Below the pieces are notes generated by a model, which was not told the origin of the DNA, made no database searches, and was given only the letters and a program-made list of their open reading frames with translations. Source: Nakamurella sp. (lineage in GTDB: Bacteria > Actinomycetota > Actinomycetes > Mycobacteriales > Nakamurellaceae). From it: a stretch of 57,180 nucleotides of DNA. Positions 54,101 through 57,180 of this stretch are shown here, piece by piece (positions within the stretch are counted from its first letter, which is position 1; each line of letters begins with the position of its first letter). The stretch lies in NCBI GenBank assembly GCA_039924545.1, contig JBDTAR010000024.1, positions 1 through 57,180 of the forward strand, in the 5' to 3' direction. Made by a program: the position numbers and the translations under genes.

Positions 54101-54707
54101 GCGAGAAATGTTGGGGCTCTATGTGTCCGGTCATCCGCTGTCCGGGTACGAGCATCTGCTTGCGGCGCAGTCCGATACGACGATTCCGGATATTTTGGAT
54201 GGCACCGTGCCTGACCGGGCGACGGTGACGGTCGGTGGAATCTTGACCGGGTTGTCTCGGCGACTCACCAAGAAGGGCGATCCCTGGGCGACCGCCACCC
54301 TTGAGGATCTGACCGGTGGCGTGGAAGTCGCGTTCTTCCCGAAGGTGTACGCCGAGGTGTCTTTGCAGCTCGCGGAGGACGCGATCGTGCTGGTACGGGC
54401 CCGAGTGGCTCGCAGCGATGATCGCCTGTCGTTGCACGCGGACAAGGTGACAGTGCCAGATTTGGCGGGGGCAACCGGGCATCGTCCGGTACGCGTATCT
54501 GTGCCTGCGATGCGATGTACCGAGCCGATCATCGACCGTCTCCGCGATGTTTTGGCCGCCCATCCGGGCACCACCGCAGTGCATTTGCGGGTCGTGGAGG
54601 GGTCGAGTGCGACGACACTTGCCATTGACGACCGGCTTCGGGTCACTGCCTCTTCCGCGCTGATGGGCGATCTCAAGGCGCTACTCGGGGCGGATTGTCT
54701 GACATGA
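51186..54707 (+). CDS. dnaE: DNA polymerase III alpha subunit
   Basis: [16 protein letters not shown] domain, [29 protein letters not shown]; no intein visible. Confidence 0.98.
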   Translation: MTSDSFVHLHVHTEYSMLDGAARVADLMTKVTELGMPAIAMTDHGNVFGAFDFYKQAMAAGIKPIIGLEAYVTPGTSRFDRTPVRWANGGSDDVSGGGAYTHMTLLSETSEGMHNLFRLSSRSSTEGFFYKPRADRELLAEYAKGLIATTGCPSGEVQTWLRLGDYKKALASAAEFRDIFGADNYFVELMDHGLSIENRVRDGLLKISKDLGLPIVATNDSHYTNAADSTSHEALLAVQSGSTLDDPKRFRLDGDEYYIKSSEQMRAIWDDKYGLKEACDNTLVIAERCHALFDEKANLMPRFAVPDGETESTWFVKEVDRGLESRYPQGITPEIRQRADYEVSVVLKMGFPGYFLVTADLIGWAKEHGIRVGPGRGSAAGSLVAFAMHITGLDPIEHKLLFERFLNPDRVSMPDIDIDFDESRRGEVLAYVTEKYGHDKVCQVVTYGTIKTKQALKDASRVLGYPFAMGDRVTKALPPPVMAKDVPLSKIFDSSHDRYKEGAEFRALVESDGEVKRVYDTARGLEGLKRQWGVHACAVIMSSEPLMDHIPIMRRPQDGAIITQFDYPTCETLGLLKMDFLGLRNLTVIDDALDNITANRDETVLIENVPLTDPATFKLLASGDTLGVFQLDGSAMRALLRSMQPDSFDDITAVIALYRPGPMGMNSHNEYADRKNGRKPVTPIHPELDAPLHEALGETYGLIVYQEQVMAIARIVAGYSLAGADLLRRAMGKKKKKELDAQFETFTAGMKANGYSQAAIDALWNTLMPFADYGFNKSHGAGYALVSYWTGYLKANYPAEYMAALLTSVRDDKDKMAIYLAECRAMGITVLPPDVNASERNFATVGTDIRFGLSAVRNVGSAAVASIIASRKEKGRYADFADYLNKVDVAACNKKVIESLIKAGAFDSLGHPRKGLLMVHTEAVDAVLSVKKAEAAGQFDLFGEMSAEEVGGAFALTIPDTEWESKLLLAFEREMLGLYVSGHPLSGYEHLLAAQSDTTIPDILDGTVPDRATVTVGGILTGLSRRLTKKGDPWATATLEDLTGGVEVAFFPKVYAEVSLQLAEDAIVLVRARVARSDDRLSLHADKVTVPDLAGATGHRPVRVSVPAMRCTEPIIDRLRDVLAAHPGTTAVHLRVVEGSSATTLAIDDRLRVTASSALMGDLKALLGADCLT

Positions 54708-55297
54708 GTACACAGATTGCGGACGGCCGCGCCAGGGTCACACGTCATAGATGGGTTGCACGGGTAGCGATCGCGGGGATCGCGATGCTTCTCGGCGTGG
54801 GGCAGGCGATTGCTTGGTCCCGTATCGCTCCGGGCCAGCAGGTGATGGTGTTCGCAGACGGCTCGTACATCAGCCTGCCGACTGCCGACTACCATCCATT
54901 CACTGGGCTCGCGCTCGACGCGTTTGCAGGTGTGGCTGTTGGCCTGATCGTGGCTGTTGCTGCGTGGCGCATTCGCGCGATCCGCGGCGCCACCACGCTG
55001 ACTTTTATCGCGGCGGGCACCGCGGTCGGCAGTGCCATCGCCTACTGGGTTGGCCTTGCGATGGCTGGCGGCGTGGATCCGGCTACTGTCGGGTCGACCG
55101 GTAAGGCATCGATCGTTGTTGCTGGTGCGAGTATGGGCACCCCGTTCGTCATGATTATTGAGCCACTGATTGCGATCGCCGTCTATACATTCCTGGCCGC
55201 CTGGGACGGACGTCGCGACTTAGGCAGCACCCGGGCTGTCCCGCAGGCTGTACTGGCTGAACAGGACGTGCTGCCGCCGTCTGGCCCGGCCGGGTGA
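54704..55297 (+). CDS. DUF2567-like membrane protein
   Basis: About four TM helices, W..IAP motif; ATGA overlap with dnaE. Confidence 0.65.
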   Translation: MSTQIADGRARVTRHRWVARVAIAGIAMLLGVGQAIAWSRIAPGQQVMVFADGSYISLPTADYHPFTGLALDAFAGVAVGLIVAVAAWRIRAIRGATTLTFIAAGTAVGSAIAYWVGLAMAGGVDPATVGSTGKASIVVAGASMGTPFVMIIEPLIAIAVYTFLAAWDGRRDLGSTRAVPQAVLAEQDVLPPSGPAG

Positions 55298-55312
55298 TTA
55301 CCGAACTTGTGA

Positions 55313-56026
55313 TTACAGAACCAAGCCCACCAATGTGCCCAGGCCGTAGGTCACGGCCATGGCAGCGAGTCCGCCGCCGACGTTGCGCAGAATGGCACGG
55401 GTCTGCGGCGCGGCACTCAGCCGGGCGCTGACGATGCCGGTAACGGCGAGGGCCAGAGCGACGACCGCTACTGTGGCCCAGCCCTGTGCCGCTGCCAGCA
55501 GCCCGATCAGTGGGACCAGAGCGCCGGCGCTAAATGAGAGCAACGATGCGATTGCGGCATGCCACGGGTTGGTCAGTTCGTTGGGGTCGATGCCGTATCG
55601 AGCCTCGGCGTGCGCCTTGAGCGCGTCGTGATCGCTGAGTTGTTGGGCGACACGTAGCGCTAGCTCCTCGTCGATTCCCTTTGCCTGATAGGCAGCGGCC
55701 AGCGCCGCGACTTCGGCGGCCGGATTAGCCTGCAGTAGTCCGCGTTGCCGAGTCAGAACGGCGAGTTCGCTATCCCGTTGCGTGGATACAGAGACGTATT
55801 CCCCGACGGCCATGGACATCGAGCCGGCGAGCAGGCCGACGAGCCCCGCGATTAAAATCGCCGACCTACTACCGGTCGCCCCGGCAACGCCAATCACCAG
55901 CGCTGCAGTAGACACGATGCCGTCATTGGCGCCGAGCACGCCAGCGCGCAGCCAGTTCAGCCGACCGGGTAGGCCGCTGAAGCCTGCTTCCTGTCGGTCA
56001 TCCTGTCGACGCATGGTGATGGTCAT
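55313..56026 (-). CDS. VIT1/CCC1 family Fe/Mn transporter
   Basis: LNWLRAGVLGANDGIVS, SMAVGEYVSVSTQRDSE, NPWHAAIAS. Confidence 0.93.
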   Translation of the reverse strand: MTITMRRQDDRQEAGFSGLPGRLNWLRAGVLGANDGIVSTAALVIGVAGATGSRSAILIAGLVGLLAGSMSMAVGEYVSVSTQRDSELAVLTRQRGLLQANPAAEVAALAAAYQAKGIDEELALRVAQQLSDHDALKAHAEARYGIDPNELTNPWHAAIASLLSFSAGALVPLIGLLAAAQGWATVAVVALALAVTGIVSARLSAAPQTRAILRNVGGGLAAMAVTYGLGTLVGLVL

Positions 56027-56062
56027 GTAGTCATTGTGGCAACATTCGCCAGAAGTCTCCAG

Positions 56063-56081
56063 CAAGGGATGCCTCACCTCA
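56063..56081. promoter_or_regulatory. IdeR/DtxR-like iron box (proximal)
   Basis: CAAGGGATGCCTCACCTCA, 14/19 match to TWAGGTWAGSCTWACCTWA. Confidence 0.55.
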
Positions 56082-56106
56082 CCGCCTGCAAGCGTAGAAA
56101 CTGCGT

Positions 56107-56125
56107 TAAGGTTAGCAAACCCTTA
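56107..56125. promoter_or_regulatory. IdeR/DtxR-like iron box (distal)
   Basis: TAAGGTTAGCAAACCCTTA, 16/19 match to TWAGGTWAGSCTWACCTWA. Confidence 0.7.
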
Positions 56126-56244
56126 CAAAACGCGACTGGCCCGCGACCTGCCCGCCGGAGAACGCGCTCCACGCCCTACGCTGGTGGGGACTGCTTGCTA
56201 CTAGTTACGACCCCGATTACCCTCCGACTCGAAGAACTGGCCTC

Positions 56245-57180
56245 ATGCTGCGACGAATCGACCTCACTGCCCGGCGGGGCCTCAACTCCGCCCAGTTGCG
56301 CGACGCGCTACCGCGTGCCGCCGGTGCCGCGCACGCCGCAGACGAGGTGGTCGCTCCCATCCTCGCCGAGGTAAAGGCTCGCGGCGCGGCTGCCGTGCTC
56401 GATTTCGCCGAAAAATTCGATCATGTGCGCCCAACTTCACTGCGTGTGCCGGCCGACGTCATCGCTGCGGCTGAAAAATCGCTGGATCCGACGTTGCGCA
56501 GCGCGCTCACCGAAGCGATCCGGCGCGCTAGGCTCGGTCACTCCGCGCAGCTGCCCATTGAGAAAGTCACCGAGATCGTGCCCGGCGGCACCGTGACGCA
56601 GCGGTGGATTCCGGTCGGTCGAGTGGGCCTGTACGTGCCGGGTGGGCTCGCACCCCTTTCGTCATCCGTCGTGATGAATGTGGTCCCGGCGCAGGTTGCC
56701 GGCGTCGGCGAAATTGCTGTCGCGTCGCCGCCGCAGCAGTCCAACGGCGGTTGGCCGGACGCGACGGTGCTGGCCGCCTGCAGCCTGCTGGGTGTCACAG
56801 AGGTGTACGCGGCAGGTGGCGCGCAAGCTATCGCACTGCTGGGTTTCGGCAGCGAGTATGACGCCGTTCTCGGCGAGGACGCCGTCATGCCTGTCGACGT
56901 GATTACTGGCCCCGGAAACGTGTACGTGACGGCGGCCAAACGGGCGCTGCGCGGCATCGTGGGCATTGACTCGGAGGCTGGCCCCACCGAGATTGCAGTG
57001 ATTGCGGACGCAGGTGCGAACCCGCGGTATGTTGCTGCCGACCTGATCTCGCAGGCCGAACACGATCCCAGCGCGGCCAGTTTGCTGATCACTGATTCGG
57101 TGGTTCTTGCCGACGCGGTCGACGCGCTGTTGCCCGACATGGTGGCGGCGACACGGCACTCGGATCGCGTCCGGCAGGCG
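56245..57180 (+). CDS. hisD: Histidinol dehydrogenase (3' end beyond the window; absent from the ORF track)
   Basis: Hand translation MLRRIDL...RVGLYVPGG...SSVVMN...GGAQAIA...GPGNVYV...IDSEAGPTE..DLISQAEHD. Confidence 0.95.
   Translation, partial: MLRRIDLTARRGLNSAQLRDALPRAAGAAHAADEVVAPILAEVKARGAAAVLDFAEKFDHVRPTSLRVPADVIAAAEKSLDPTLRSALTEAIRRARLGHSAQLPIEKVTEIVPGGTVTQRWIPVGRVGLYVPGGLAPLSSSVVMNVVPAQVAGVGEIAVASPPQQSNGGWPDATVLAACSLLGVTEVYAAGGAQAIALLGFGSEYDAVLGEDAVMPVDVITGPGNVYVTAAKRALRGIVGIDSEAGPTEIAVIADAGANPRYVAADLISQAEHDPSAASLLITDSVVLADAVDALLPDMVAATRHSDRVRQA

Noticed and set aside
53259-54584. 441-aa antisense ORF inside dnaE (also 52650-53240 and 51969-52499)
   Set aside because: Shadow frame of a high-GC coding gene; no recognisable motifs
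51186-54707. Possible intein or split in dnaE
   Set aside because: Length (1173 aa) and motif order are normal; no intein signature seen
56126-56244. Histidine attenuator leader peptide upstream of hisD
   Set aside because: No His-codon run or terminator/antiterminator visible

Overview
This is a high-GC actinobacterial core-genome segment; gene order and protein style resemble Nakamurella/Frankiales/Pseudonocardiales-type actinomycetes, but that taxon is a guess. It holds about 55 CDSs and one RNA gene (rnpB). Gene order: coaD-sepIVA-like-yceD-rpmF-rnc-mutM-acyP; a frameshifted MMPL transporter; SURF1-ptpA / Nif3-zinc ribbon; ctaD; rnpB; isochorismatase, RNB nuclease, small protein, TAP-like hydrolase, glnA2; TetR, DUF3043; iscA-like, PfkB kinase, asnB; ctaC-ctaF and ctaE-qcrCAB; receiver-like protein-trpD; Lrp, DnaQ/UvrC-like nuclease, NYN protein; NlpC/P60-pimB'-metallophosphoesterase-ROK kinase; plsC-RNase AS-DAHP synthase; pknL/Rv2175c-like; metF; K+/H+ antiporter-lspA-rluA-dnaE; VIT1; partial hisD. 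I saw no mobile element, CRISPR array, tRNA or defence island, and no novel multi-gene system that I can support. The best leads are small-scale: (1) a five-stem 5' leader before the NlpC/P60 hydrolase that keeps the outline of a c-di-AMP riboswitch but lacks its core motifs; (2) two IdeR/DtxR-like boxes in activator geometry upstream of the VIT1 gene; (3) a one-base homopolymer frameshift splitting an otherwise intact MMPL gene; (4) a DnaQ-UvrC fusion lacking the Cys-rich segment; (5) about 15 genes with leaderless promoter-start geometry; (6) several synteny junctions. All calls come from reading motifs by eye; no searches were run.
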